The notes beneath the pieces are model-generated. The model was given only the letters and a program-made list of their open reading frames with translations. It did no database searches and had not been told where the DNA came from. The position numbers and the translations under genes are program-made. A stretch of 27,702 nt of DNA from Candidatus Rokuibacteriota bacterium (GTDB lineage: Bacteria; Methylomirabilota; Methylomirabilia; Rokubacteriales; CSP1-6): the NCBI GenBank assembly GCA_016184305.1, contig JACPCX010000111.1, forward strand, positions 1 to 27,702. Direction: 5' to 3'. Positions 14,653 through 23,936 of the stretch are shown one piece after another. Each line of letters begins with the position of its first letter. The stretch's first letter is position 1.

Positions 14653-16653
14653 GTGGACGAGACCATCGTCTGGCTGCAGCGCGCGGCCGCCTCGCTCCGC
14701 GAGGGACGCCACGCCGAAGCGGAGGGTGACTGCCGCAGGGCGATCGAGCGCGATCCTCATCGCGCGGAGGCCTACTCGCGGCTCGGCGCCGCGCTCACCC
14801 AGCAGCGGCGCACGACGGAGGCCGAGGCCGCCTTCCGCGAGGCCGTGCGGCTCGCGCCGAGTGCAGGCTCGGCGCGCGTGGACCTGGGCGATGCGCTGTT
14901 CGAGCAGGGGCGGGTCGCGGAAGCGGAAGTCGAGTACCGCGCGGCGGTGGTGCGGGAGCCGCGCGGCTTCAGGGGCCACTTCAAGCTCGGCCTCGCGCTG
15001 GAGCGGCAGCGCCAGTGGGCGGAGGCGGAAGGCCAGTACCGCGCGGCGGTGGCCCTCAGACCCGACCATCCGATCGCGCGCCTGCGCCTGGGCCTGGCGT
15101 GCCGGCGGCAGCGCAAGCACGCCGACGAGGAGCAGGCGCTCCGCGAGGCCGTGCGGCTTCTGCCCGGGAATGCCGAGGCCCACCACAACCTGTCCATGGC
15201 GCTGGCGCGCCAGCGCCGGCTCGTGGATGCCGAGGCGGCGTGCCGGGAGGCGGCGCGGCTCGCGCCGCGCAACCCGGTCGTCCACGATGGGCTGGGGCTG
15301 ATCCTGGCCGCACAGGGCAAGCACGCCGAGGCCGCCGCCGCGCTCGCCGAGGCCGTGCGGCTCGCGCCCGCTTCCGTGAAGGCGCGCGCGCATCTGGCCG
15401 GCGTCCTGAGGCGCCAGCGGCAGTGGCGCGCCGCCGCGGCCGCCTACCGCGAGGCCATCCGGCTCAAGGGGGGCGCCGCGGCGCTCCACGGCGATCTCGG
15501 GTTGGTCCTCTGGCATCTGCGGCGTCACGGCGAGGCGGCGGCGGCGTTCAGGGACGCGACCCGGATCGAGCCCGGCAACCCGACCTGGCACCGGCGCCTG
15601 GGCCGCGTGCTCGAGCGCCAGGGGCATTTTGCAGAGGCGGAGACAGCGTTCCGGCGCGCGATCCGGCTGCATCCCGAGGATCTGGCCGCCCATCTCGGGC
15701 TCGCGGCGGTGCTGAGACGCGAGAGCCGCTGGGCCGAGGAGGCCGAGACCTACCGTTGCGCCCTGCGCCTGCGTCAGGACGACCCGAGCCTGCACTACGA
15801 TCTGGGGCTTGCGCTCTCGGCCCAGGGGCTCGACGCCGAGGCGGAGGCCGCCTTCCGCGCCGCCGTGGCGCTCGAGCCGGGCAACGCCGACTTCCAGGTG
15901 GAGCTGGGCATCGCGCTGGGCCGGCAGGGCAAGCACGCCCAGGCCGAGATCGCGCTCCGCGAGGCCGTGCGGCTCGCCCCGACGGACGTGGTCGCCCTCG
16001 GCAACCTCGCGGTGGGACTGGGCCGGCAGGGGCGCTACGCGCAGGCCGAGGCGGTGTATCGCGAGGCCCTGGGCGTCAAGCCCGAGGGCGCCGCGCTGCA
16101 TCGGGGGCTCGGCGTCGTGCTCTACTTCCAGGGCAAGTACGCCGCGGCGGAGGCGGCCTTCCGCGAGGCCGCCCGCCTCAAGCCCGGCTTCGCGCGCACC
16201 CACAGCTATCTCGGCGAGCTCCTGAGCGAGCAGGGGCGGCCCGCGGAGGCGGCGGAGGCCTTCCGCGCGGCCATCGGCGCCAAGCCCGATAGCCCATCGG
16301 CCTACCGCGGCCTCGGCGGCGCGCTGCTGGCCCAGGGGCTAAATGCCGAGGCCGAGGCCGCCTATCGCGAGGCGCTGCGCCTGCGTCCGGACGAGGCGCA
16401 GAACCACTTCAACCTGTGGACGGTGCTCGAGCGGCAGGCCAAGCACGCCGAGTGCGAGGCGGCCTATCGCGAGGCGATCCGCGTCAAGCCCGACCACGCC
16501 GAGGCGCACGCACGCCTGGGCGCGGCCCTCGCGCGGCTCGCGCGGCTCGACGAGGCGGCTGCCGCCTATGCCGAGGCGGTGCGGCTGCGCCCGGACGACG
16601 CGCGCTTCAAGAGCGCGCTCGAGACGGTCAGGCGCCGCCTCCGCCACCGCTGA
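14653..16653 (+). CDS. All-TPR repeat protein (about 19 repeats)
   Basis: 34-aa periodicity A..AFREAVRL.P..A.AH..LG..L throughout 666 aa; no signal peptide or catalytic domain seen. Confidence 0.92.
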   Translation: MDETIVWLQRAAASLREGRHAEAEGDCRRAIERDPHRAEAYSRLGAALTQQRRTTEAEAAFREAVRLAPSAGSARVDLGDALFEQGRVAEAEVEYRAAVVREPRGFRGHFKLGLALERQRQWAEAEGQYRAAVALRPDHPIARLRLGLACRRQRKHADEEQALREAVRLLPGNAEAHHNLSMALARQRRLVDAEAACREAARLAPRNPVVHDGLGLILAAQGKHAEAAAALAEAVRLAPASVKARAHLAGVLRRQRQWRAAAAAYREAIRLKGGAAALHGDLGLVLWHLRRHGEAAAAFRDATRIEPGNPTWHRRLGRVLERQGHFAEAETAFRRAIRLHPEDLAAHLGLAAVLRRESRWAEEAETYRCALRLRQDDPSLHYDLGLALSAQGLDAEAEAAFRAAVALEPGNADFQVELGIALGRQGKHAQAEIALREAVRLAPTDVVALGNLAVGLGRQGRYAQAEAVYREALGVKPEGAALHRGLGVVLYFQGKYAAAEAAFREAARLKPGFARTHSYLGELLSEQGRPAEAAEAFRAAIGAKPDSPSAYRGLGGALLAQGLNAEAEAAYREALRLRPDEAQNHFNLWTVLERQAKHAECEAAYREAIRVKPDHAEAHARLGAALARLARLDEAAAAYAEAVRLRPDDARFKSALETVRRRLRHR

Positions 16654-16690
16654 GACCAAACACTATCTTCCCCCACACGGGAGAGGGCGC

Positions 16691-16717
16691 ATGCTGAAGG
16701 GGATCGATCACATCTGA
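16691..16717 (+). pseudogene. 8-codon remnant MLKGIDHI* resembling the start of a VOC/glyoxalase gene
   Basis: Preceded by a -10-like TATCTT (16664-16669) and SD-like GGGAGAGGG; IDH is the typical VOC first strand. Confidence 0.45.
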
Positions 16718-16727
16718 CCCGGCCCTG

Positions 16728-17705
16728 TCACGGCCTCGGCGTGGACAGAAAGCGTGCCTCGTCGAAGGAGTCAGTGGCGAGGTCCTTCATCCCTATCCGA
16801 TCGTAGACGTGCCCGAGCAGCTGATGCAGCGACGGCTCCGTGGCGTCGGCGGCGATGGCCGCCACCAATTCCTTCCGGGCGTCGTGGTAGAGCCCCGCCT
16901 GGACGAGGAAGCCCGCGCGCAGGAGCGCGAGCGTGGACCCGGGCTGGCCCGGCAGCGCGGAGGGCACGAGGAGTCCCAGGGCCTGCTGGACCCGCTGGGC
17001 GTCGGGGGACGGGAGAATCTCGAACTCGGCTCGCTGGACGGGCTGCCGCTCGGTGTGCAGCTCCCACGCGTAGCGCTGGCCCGCGCGGAGCGCCGGGGCC
17101 GCGGCGGGGTACGGGACCGGCTGGCGCGGGAGCCCGCCTTGCTCCCACAGGAGCCCGTCGGGCCCGAACACGCGAATCATGTAGCGGAGGCTGTCGGCGC
17201 CCGACCACTCGAAGGTGACGGGGCCCGGCTGAAGGCGCGTCTCGCGCGGGGCGAGGAGGACCGGCGGCGGCAGGCGCACGCTCCGGGTCGAGAGCGGGAC
17301 ATAGGCCGAGACGTAGGCGGGCTTGTCCTGCTTGCCCACGAGGAACTGGGTGACGCTGGTGACGAGGGCCTGCACACGCTCGCCGCTCGCCGTCCCGCTG
17401 GGCGCCGCGACGGTGAACGGAGAGCTGGCCGCGGAGACCGTCTGGGGGTTGCGGCCTCCGGTGAACAGGATCATCGCGCGCGCGTCGGCCGATGCGCGGA
17501 CCTGGTCGCCGGGCCGCAGTGAGAGCAGCGGCTGCGGCGCCTTCCAGTCCGCTTCCCCGGCGAGCTTGACGCGGATCTCCCCCTGGCCCGCTCGGATCTC
17601 GGTGAGGACGGCCACGGGCTCGGCCGCCCCGGCGATGCCGGCTGCGAGGAGCCCCGTGAGGACACCGATCGCCACTGCCGCAAGGACTCCGAGTCGTACG
17701 TTCAT
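16728..17705 (-). CDS. Secreted FecR-like/DUF928-like protein with C-terminal TPR-like helices (in frame with the upstream cyclase as sequenced)
   Basis: Own SD GGAGG and ATG at 17705, signal peptide, FecR-like W....L.PGDQV.A, Ig-like FEW..Y..L.AGQRYAW, GLYHDA motif. Confidence 0.7.
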   Translation of the reverse strand: MNVRLGVLAAVAIGVLTGLLAAGIAGAAEPVAVLTEIRAGQGEIRVKLAGEADWKAPQPLLSLRPGDQVRASADARAMILFTGGRNPQTVSAASSPFTVAAPSGTASGERVQALVTSVTQFLVGKQDKPAYVSAYVPLSTRSVRLPPPVLLAPRETRLQPGPVTFEWSGADSLRYMIRVFGPDGLLWEQGGLPRQPVPYPAAAPALRAGQRYAWELHTERQPVQRAEFEILPSPDAQRVQQALGLLVPSALPGQPGSTLALLRAGFLVQAGLYHDARKELVAAIAADATEPSLHQLLGHVYDRIGMKDLATDSFDEARFLSTPRP

Positions 17706-19586
17706 GTGGAGCCTCCCCCCCGCCGGCGGCCCGCCCTCGGCGTGTACCGCCAGCAGCTCATGGACGTGTACCGGCTGGTTCCGCCCCTTGACGGCCATCA
17801 GCCCCCGATCCTTCACCTCCACCCGGTCACCGGCGATCGCCCGAGTTTCCTCCGTGATCAGCATCGTCGTTCCGAGGTCCTTGTTCAAGCCCTCCACGCG
17901 CGAGGCCAGGTTCACGGGATCGCCCACCACCGTGTACTTGACCCGTTTCGTGCCCCCGACATTGCCGACGAAGACGTGCCCGGTGTGGATCCCGATGCCC
18001 ATGCGGAGCGTCGGTAGCCCCGCCGCGCCCCAGCGCCGGTTCAGGTCGTCGAGCGCCCGCTGCATGGCGTCAGCGCTGAGCACGGCGTGCCAGGCGTGCT
18101 CGGGGTCCTGGAGCGGGGCGCCGAAGATCGCCACGATCCCGTCCCCCACGAAGTCGTTGACCATGCCCCGGTGGGAGAAGATGGCCGTGGTCATCGCCTC
18201 GAAGTACTCGGTGAGGCGGCCCGCCACCTGCTCGGCCGGCATGGTCTCGGACAGGGTGGTGAATCCGCGCAGGTCCGAGAAGAGGATGGAGACGGCGCGG
18301 CGCTCGCCCCGAAGGCTCGGGGCCTCCGCCAGTACCTGGGCGGCGATCTCGCGGCTCACGTAGCGGCCGAACGAGTCGCGGAAGCGCCGGCGCGCCAGCC
18401 CTTCCGCCACGAGCCCGAGCAGCGAGGTGGCGATGGCGGGGAGCAGGAAGTCCACCCAGTAGCCGCTTCGCTGGAAGGCGACGTAGGAGGCCGGCACCCC
18501 GAGCAGGACGGCGCCGATGAGACAGACGATGGTGCCGGCGAGCGGGCGGAGCACGGCCATCACGACGCCGGCCAGCAGCACGATGACGATCTGGAAGGCG
18601 AGGCTCGTGAACCACCCGGAGGGCCGGATGTAGGAGCCGGTCACCAGCATGTGGATGACGTTGGCGTGGATCTCCACACCCGCGATGGCGCCATGCGGCG
18701 TCGGATAGAAGTCGCGGCTCTCCTGGTAGGTGCCTCCGACCAGGACGACCCGCCCGCGGAGCGGATTGTCGTGGGCCAGCTCGGCCGCCGGATCGGCCAG
18801 CGCCGCCACCGCGTTGCTCGGGATCGTGAGGAAGGAGCCGGCCGGCCCCAAGTAGTTGATGCGCCACAGCTCGTTGGGCCGGACGGAGAGCGCCGGCTCC
18901 TCCACGAGGGTCCAGCCGGCGCCGGAGCGCCAGGCGGGAAGCGGCGAGATGCCGCCGCGCTCCCGGAGCGAGGCCTCGAGCGAGCCCTGGGACATGCCCG
19001 CCAGCCGCGCGACGACGGCGAGGGGGAGGACGGGCTGCGGCGGACCCGGGCCCCGCGGGACGAGGAGCGCGACGCGGCGGATCACGCCGTCCTGGTCCAG
19101 GGGCATTTCGGCGGCTCCACGCAGGACCGAGCCGAGAAAGCCCGGATCCGACAGCGGCCCGCTCCTGGGCGGCGCCGCGTCCACCAGCACGATGTGGCTC
19201 ACGCCTCCGTCCGAGAAGTCCATGATCGCGCGGGAGAGCGCGCCGTCGTCGGCGTCGTTGGTGGCCGTGTTCAGCGCGAGATCGACGCCCACCACGGCGG
19301 CACCGGCGCGCTGGAGGCCGCGCAGCAGCCGGGCCAGGTAGTCGCGGGGCAGAGGCTGGCGGCGACCGAGGGACTCGAAGGCTTCCTCGTCGATGGCCAC
19401 CAGGACGACCTCGGGGGCGAACCGCTGCCCCTGGAGCCTCAGCAGGAGGTCCACGCTCCGGGCCTGCAGGGCCTCGAGGTAGCCCAGGGAGGAGGCCGCG
19501 GTGACGAGCAGACTTGCGGCGATCCCCACCGCCCAGAGCTGGAGCACGCGAGCGCGGCGCTCCCGCCACCACGCGGGAAGGCTCAT
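17702..19586 (-). CDS. CHASE2-domain membrane class III adenylate/guanylate cyclase (reads through to 16728 as sequenced)
   Basis: CHASE2 motifs VVLVAIDE, GAAVVGVD, DQDGVIRR, GVEIHAN; 3 TM segments; FSDLRGFT, VGDGI..FGAP, GIGIHTG, TVVGDPVNLASRVE; start MSLPAWW at 19586. Confidence 0.9.
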
Positions 19587-19601
19587 AATGAAGCCATGAT
19601 A
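19584..19601. promoter_or_regulatory. Overlapping bidirectional -10 elements between the cyclase and ChaN genes
   Basis: CATAAT (+, 19584-19589) and TATCAT (-, 19596-19601); 9-bp intergenic gap. Confidence 0.55.
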
Positions 19602-20489
19602 AACGATCTCCGGCTCCTGACCGCGGTCGCCCTTCTGCTCTCCGCGTGTGCGGCTCCCATGGCGCTCGTCCTGCCCCAATCAGGCGACCCGGTTCTCCAC
19701 GCGACCACCATCGCCCTCCGGGCCCGAAGCGCCGAGGTGGTCTACCTCGGCGAGGTGCACGATAATCCCTACCACCACGCCCATCAGCGGCGGGTGCTGG
19801 AGGCGATGCTCGGAGCCGGCGCCCGGCCCGTCGTGGCCTTCGAGATGCTGGCGGCCGATCGCCAGGCAATGGTGGACCGGGCGCTCGAGGCGGCCGGTGG
19901 CGCCGCCGAGCTCGACGCCGCGCTGGGGTGGAGCAAGACGGGATGGCCGGACTTCGCGATGTACTGGCCGCTCTTCGATCTCGCGCGCCGATCCACGCTG
20001 CGCGTCATGGCCGCCGATCTCGATGTCGCCGTCGCGCGGAGGATCGCCCGGGAAGGGCTCTCGGCGTTGCCGGACGGGGTGCGCTTGCGCTCGTTGCTCC
20101 CACCCGATCCGGCGCGGGAGGCGGCCATCGCGCGGACTATCCGGACGGGGCACTGCGATCTGCTGCCGGAGCGCCACATCCCGACCATGGTGGAGAGCTG
20201 GCACGCGCGCAACGTCAGCATGGCGCGGCGGCTCGCCGAGGCGCTCGCGCAGACGCCGCAGGTGGTGGTGATCGCCGGGCGCGGCCATCAGGCGCCCGGG
20301 GGTCTTCCGGCTCAGCTCGAGGCGCTGCGTCCCGGGACGCGCCAGCTCGTGGTCGAGATGCTCGAGGTGGGCCCGGATGACGATCCTCGCGATGTCCTGG
20401 GAGAGGCCACGGGCGACATCGTCTGGCTCACCCCTCCCGCGAAGCGACCGGACCAGTGCGAGGCGCTGCGCCGGCGCCTCCGCCAGTAG
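19596..20489 (+). CDS. ChaN-family haem/iron-uptake lipoprotein
   Basis: Lipobox LSAC; VVYLGEVHDNPYHH, VAFEML, GWPDFAMYWPLF, RNVSMA, VIAGRGH. Confidence 0.88.
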   Translation: MINDLRLLTAVALLLSACAAPMALVLPQSGDPVLHATTIALRARSAEVVYLGEVHDNPYHHAHQRRVLEAMLGAGARPVVAFEMLAADRQAMVDRALEAAGGAAELDAALGWSKTGWPDFAMYWPLFDLARRSTLRVMAADLDVAVARRIAREGLSALPDGVRLRSLLPPDPAREAAIARTIRTGHCDLLPERHIPTMVESWHARNVSMARRLAEALAQTPQVVVIAGRGHQAPGGLPAQLEALRPGTRQLVVEMLEVGPDDDPRDVLGEATGDIVWLTPPAKRPDQCEALRRRLRQ

Positions 20490-20520
20490 TCCAGGTCCCA
20501 GCCCGCGCCGGGAACCCCTC

Positions 20521-20649
20521 GCAGGCCGCTCACACAGGTCCAGATGCGAGGCGGCGCCCGACGGCCGCGCGCGAGGCGTACTTCCTGTACGTTGAGCGTG
20601 CGGCCGAGGGCGCCGTACCTCCGCAGATGGGCCTGTTTCAGCGGCCTGC
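20521..20649. mobile_element. MITE-like element with 22-bp terminal inverted repeats
   Basis: GCAGGCCGCTCACACAGGTCCA / TGGGCCTGTTTCAGCGGCCTGC (19/22); long internal hairpin 20553-20614; CTAG at the right end; between convergent genes. Confidence 0.7.
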
Positions 20650-21215
20650 TAGCGCTGGGCCTCGATGGCCGAGATGCGGCGGTAGCTGATCCCCATCCTC
20701 TTGCCGTCGTCGTCGAGCAGGAGCAGCCCGTCGTCGGTGATCTGGCCGAGCGTGCCCACGACGGGGTCTGGCGCGTTCCGCACCGAGACGGAGACGCGCT
20801 GGCCCACCAGAGGCGCCGCCTCGGCCTGCCACATGGTGCGGAGCTGGTCGACGGTGCCGGGCAGCATGTCGCTCTCGCGGATGGGCTCGGCCTCGCGGAT
20901 GGTTCCGAGCCCGGGCAGGTCGAACTCGGCCTGGGACTCGGCAGGAGCGCCCGGCGCTCCTGCCTCGCCGGCAGCGGCAGAGGCGCGGAGGATCTCGGCG
21001 ATCCGCGCCATCATGGTGCGGAACATGTACAGACCGATGAGCACTGCCGCGAGCGCCAGCCCGAGGCCGCGTTGCGCCTGGGGCGTGTCGAGGGCGCCCA
21101 GCTCGTAGAGCGTGTAGAAGAAGAGGAGCAGCGGGAGGATGGCGGCGAGCGCGAACACAACCGCCCCGGCGCGCTGAAGCGTGTAGGTCCGCGGCTTGGG
21201 CTTGGCCGGGTCCAT
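20649..21215 (-). CDS. Hypothetical 2-TM protein with C-terminal Sm/SH3-like beta domain
   Basis: Two hydrophobic helices, then LVGQRVSVSV..VVGTLGQITDDGLLL..ISYRRISAIE; -10 TAGAGT 6 nt before ATG. Confidence 0.7.
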   Translation of the reverse strand: MDPAKPKPRTYTLQRAGAVVFALAAILPLLLFFYTLYELGALDTPQAQRGLGLALAAVLIGLYMFRTMMARIAEILRASAAAGEAGAPGAPAESQAEFDLPGLGTIREAEPIRESDMLPGTVDQLRTMWQAEAAPLVGQRVSVSVRNAPDPVVGTLGQITDDGLLLLDDDGKRMGISYRRISAIEAQR

Positions 21216-21344
21216 GCGATGACTCTAGCGCGAACCGCTCGGGCCGTGCAGGCTTTTCGCGGCGCGCCCTCGGACCCGCCGGCCCCTGTGTTAGTATCCG
21301 TCAGCGGCCCGCCGCATCACGGATGCGCGGGCCAGGAGGCGATC

Positions 21345-22367
21345 ATGCGAACGCTCAGATCTTTCACGCTGCTGGCCGTGCTCGCTGCCGTGGGCGCCAT
21401 GGCGGTGGGGCTCGGCGAGGCCGCGGAGGCGTGCAGCCAGCGCGGCCGGCTCGACGTCCTCTACTGCGACGACAACGGCGACGGCATCCCGGATGTCCCC
21501 AAGGACCCCGCCAGGCTCCTCAATCCGGACATCCTGGTCTTCGCCTATGTGCCGGTGGAGGACCCCGCCGTCTACGCCCCGGTCTTCGCCGACCTCCTGC
21601 GCCACGTCGAGAAGGCGACCGGCAAGAAGACGCAGTTCTTCGCGCCGCAGAACTACGCCGCCCAGCTCGAGGCCATGCGGTCGGGGCGGCTGCACATCAC
21701 CGGCTACTCGACCGGGAGCGTCCCCTACGCCGTGAACCTCTCGGGCGGCGTGCCCTTCGCCCAGATGGCCACGGACACGGGAGCGAGCGGCTATCACCTC
21801 ATCGTCATCGCGCAGGCCGCCAACGCGAAGATCAACTCCGTGGCCGACCTCAAGGGCAAGCGCGTCGCCCATGTCTCGCAGACCTCCAACTCGGGGCACC
21901 AGGCGCCCGTCTACTTCTTCTCGAAGGCGGGCGTCGTCCCGGGCAAGGACTACCAGATCGCCTTCTCCGGCAAGCACGACAACTCGGTGCTGGGCGTGGT
22001 CAACGGCGACTACGACGCCGCGGCCGTGGCCGACACGGTGCTCGAGCGCATGGTGAACCGCGGCGTGGTCAAGACCTCGGACTACAAGGTCGTCTACACC
22101 TCCCCGCTCTTCCCGCGGGCGGGCTTCACCTACTACCACGCGCTGGAGCCCCGGCTCGCCGAGAAGATCAAGGAGGCCTTTTACACCTTCAAGATCCAGG
22201 GGTCGAGCCTGGGCAAGGAGTTCAAGGGCATCACCCGCTTCGTCCCCATCGACTACAGGAAGGACTGGGAGGCCGTGGTGGGCATCCTCGAGGCCAACGG
22301 CGCCAAGTTCACGCGCGACTCCCCCGAGTACAAGAAGTTCTCGGCGCCGCCCAAGGCGGGCGAGTAA
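21345..22367 (+). CDS. phnD: Phosphate/phosphite/phosphonate ABC substrate-binding protein
   Basis: SD AGGAGG, signal peptide, [35 protein letters not shown]. Confidence 0.9.
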   Translation: MRTLRSFTLLAVLAAVGAMAVGLGEAAEACSQRGRLDVLYCDDNGDGIPDVPKDPARLLNPDILVFAYVPVEDPAVYAPVFADLLRHVEKATGKKTQFFAPQNYAAQLEAMRSGRLHITGYSTGSVPYAVNLSGGVPFAQMATDTGASGYHLIVIAQAANAKINSVADLKGKRVAHVSQTSNSGHQAPVYFFSKAGVVPGKDYQIAFSGKHDNSVLGVVNGDYDAAAVADTVLERMVNRGVVKTSDYKVVYTSPLFPRAGFTYYHALEPRLAEKIKEAFYTFKIQGSSLGKEFKGITRFVPIDYRKDWEAVVGILEANGAKFTRDSPEYKKFSAPPKAGE

Positions 22368-22383
22368 GCACGAAAGCCCGCCG

Positions 22384-23148
22384 GTGCTCGAGGTCTCGGC
22401 GCTCGCCAAGCGCTACCCCACGGGCGACGAGGCCCTGCGGGGCGTCTCGCTCACCGTAGGCAACGACGAGGTGGTGTTCGTCATCGGCCCGTCCGGCGCC
22501 GGCAAGAGTACCCTCATCCGCTGTATCAACCGCCTGGTCGAGCCCGACGCGGGATCCATCACGCTCGACGGGCTCGAGATCACGACGCTCCCGGCCGCCG
22601 ATCTTCGCCGCGCGCGCCGTCAGATGGGGATGATCTTCCAGGAGTTCAACCTGGTGGAACGCCTCACGGTGATGGAGAACGTGCTCTCCGGCCGCCTCGG
22701 CTACGTGGGGCTCTGGCAGGCGTGGCGCCGCCGCTTCCCGCCCGCGGATGTGGCCATGGCCTTCGCCACGCTCCGGCGCGTGGGACTCGATGGGATGGAG
22801 AACAAGCGGGCCGATGCGCTCTCCGGCGGCCAACGCCAGCGGGTCGGCATCGCGCGCGCGCTCGTGCAGCGCCCGAAGATCCTCCTCGTGGACGAGCCCA
22901 CATCGAGTCTCGATCCCAAGACGTCCGAGGCCGTCATGGCCCTCATCACCGAGCTCGCGGACGAGGAGCGCATCCCGGCCTTGATCAACATCCACGACGT
23001 GCCGCTGGCCCGGCGCTTCGCCCGGCGGATCATCGGGCTCAGCGCAGGCCGGGTGGTCTTCGAGGGGTCGCCCGCCGCGCTCGACCGCGCCGCCCTCGGG
23101 GTGATCTATGGGGGTGCCGGCGAGGAGCTGGAGGGGGCGCTCGGATGA
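22384..23148 (+). CDS. phnC: Phosphonate-type ABC ATPase
   Basis: [49 protein letters not shown]. Confidence 0.93.
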   Translation: MLEVSALAKRYPTGDEALRGVSLTVGNDEVVFVIGPSGAGKSTLIRCINRLVEPDAGSITLDGLEITTLPAADLRRARRQMGMIFQEFNLVERLTVMENVLSGRLGYVGLWQAWRRRFPPADVAMAFATLRRVGLDGMENKRADALSGGQRQRVGIARALVQRPKILLVDEPTSSLDPKTSEAVMALITELADEERIPALINIHDVPLARRFARRIIGLSAGRVVFEGSPAALDRAALGVIYGGAGEELEGALG

Positions 23149-23936
23149 GCCATGCCGCCGTCTGGCGCCCGCCATCGCCATGGCCCGCGCGCTGGATGGG
23201 CCCGGCCGTGTGGCTCGCCCTCGCGGCCTTTGTGGCGTGGAACGTGTGGAACCTCGAGGTGGACGCGGCGCGTGTCGCGCGGGGCCTCGCGCGGGCCGGC
23301 ACCGTCTTCGGGCGGGCCTTCCCGCCGGACTTCCGCCGGTGGGAGCTCCTGCTGGAGGGGATCGTCGAGAGCCTCCAGATGGCCACGCTGTCCACCGCCC
23401 TTGGCACGGCGCTCGGCATCCCCGTGGCCATCATGGCCGCGCGGAACGTGGTGCCGCTCCCGGTCTACGCGGTGGGGCGCGGCATCGTCTCGCTGGGGCG
23501 CACCTTCCACGAGATCATCGTCGCCATCATCCTGGTCAAGGCGGTGGGCTTCGGCCCGCTGGCGGGCATGCTCACGCTCACCGTGAACTCGCTCGGCTTC
23601 TTCAGCAAGCTCCTGGCCGAGCAGATCGAGCAGATCGACCGCGGCCAGGTGGAGGCGGTGCGCGCCACGGGCGCGCGCCGGGGCGCCGTCCTCCTCTACG
23701 GCGTGCTGCCCCAGGTGCTGCCGCGGATCGTGGGGCTCACCGTATACCAGTGGGACATTCACCTCCGCCAGTCCACCATCATCGGCATCGTGGGGGCGGG
23801 CGGCATCGGCACCACGCTGTACAACTCCTTCTCCCGCTACGACTACGACTTCACGCTGGCCATTCTCCTGGTCATCGTGGCCATCGTGAGCCTCGGTGAA
23901 TGGGTGAGCGCCTGGGCGCGCCGGCGCATCCAGTGA
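23145..23936 (+). CDS. phnE: Phosphonate-type ABC permease
   Basis: ATGA-coupled start; [45 protein letters not shown]. Confidence 0.92.
   Translation: MSHAAVWRPPSPWPARWMGPAVWLALAAFVAWNVWNLEVDAARVARGLARAGTVFGRAFPPDFRRWELLLEGIVESLQMATLSTALGTALGIPVAIMAARNVVPLPVYAVGRGIVSLGRTFHEIIVAIILVKAVGFGPLAGMLTLTVNSLGFFSKLLAEQIEQIDRGQVEAVRATGARRGAVLLYGVLPQVLPRIVGLTVYQWDIHLRQSTIIGIVGAGGIGTTLYNSFSRYDYDFTLAILLVIVAIVSLGEWVSAWARRRIQ

Noticed and set aside
14653..16653. DNA-level tandem repeat or diversity-generating cassette
   Set aside because: The ~102-nt periodicity is explained by TPR coding; no reverse transcriptase and no adenine-specific variant pair
18087..19595. N-terminal extension making ChaN 800 aa
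   Set aside because: Antisense shadow of the cyclase; the lipoprotein signal starts at 19596
20544..21344. N-terminal extension making PhnD 607 aa
   Set aside because: Crosses the MITE and the antisense gene; SD and signal peptide place the start at 21345
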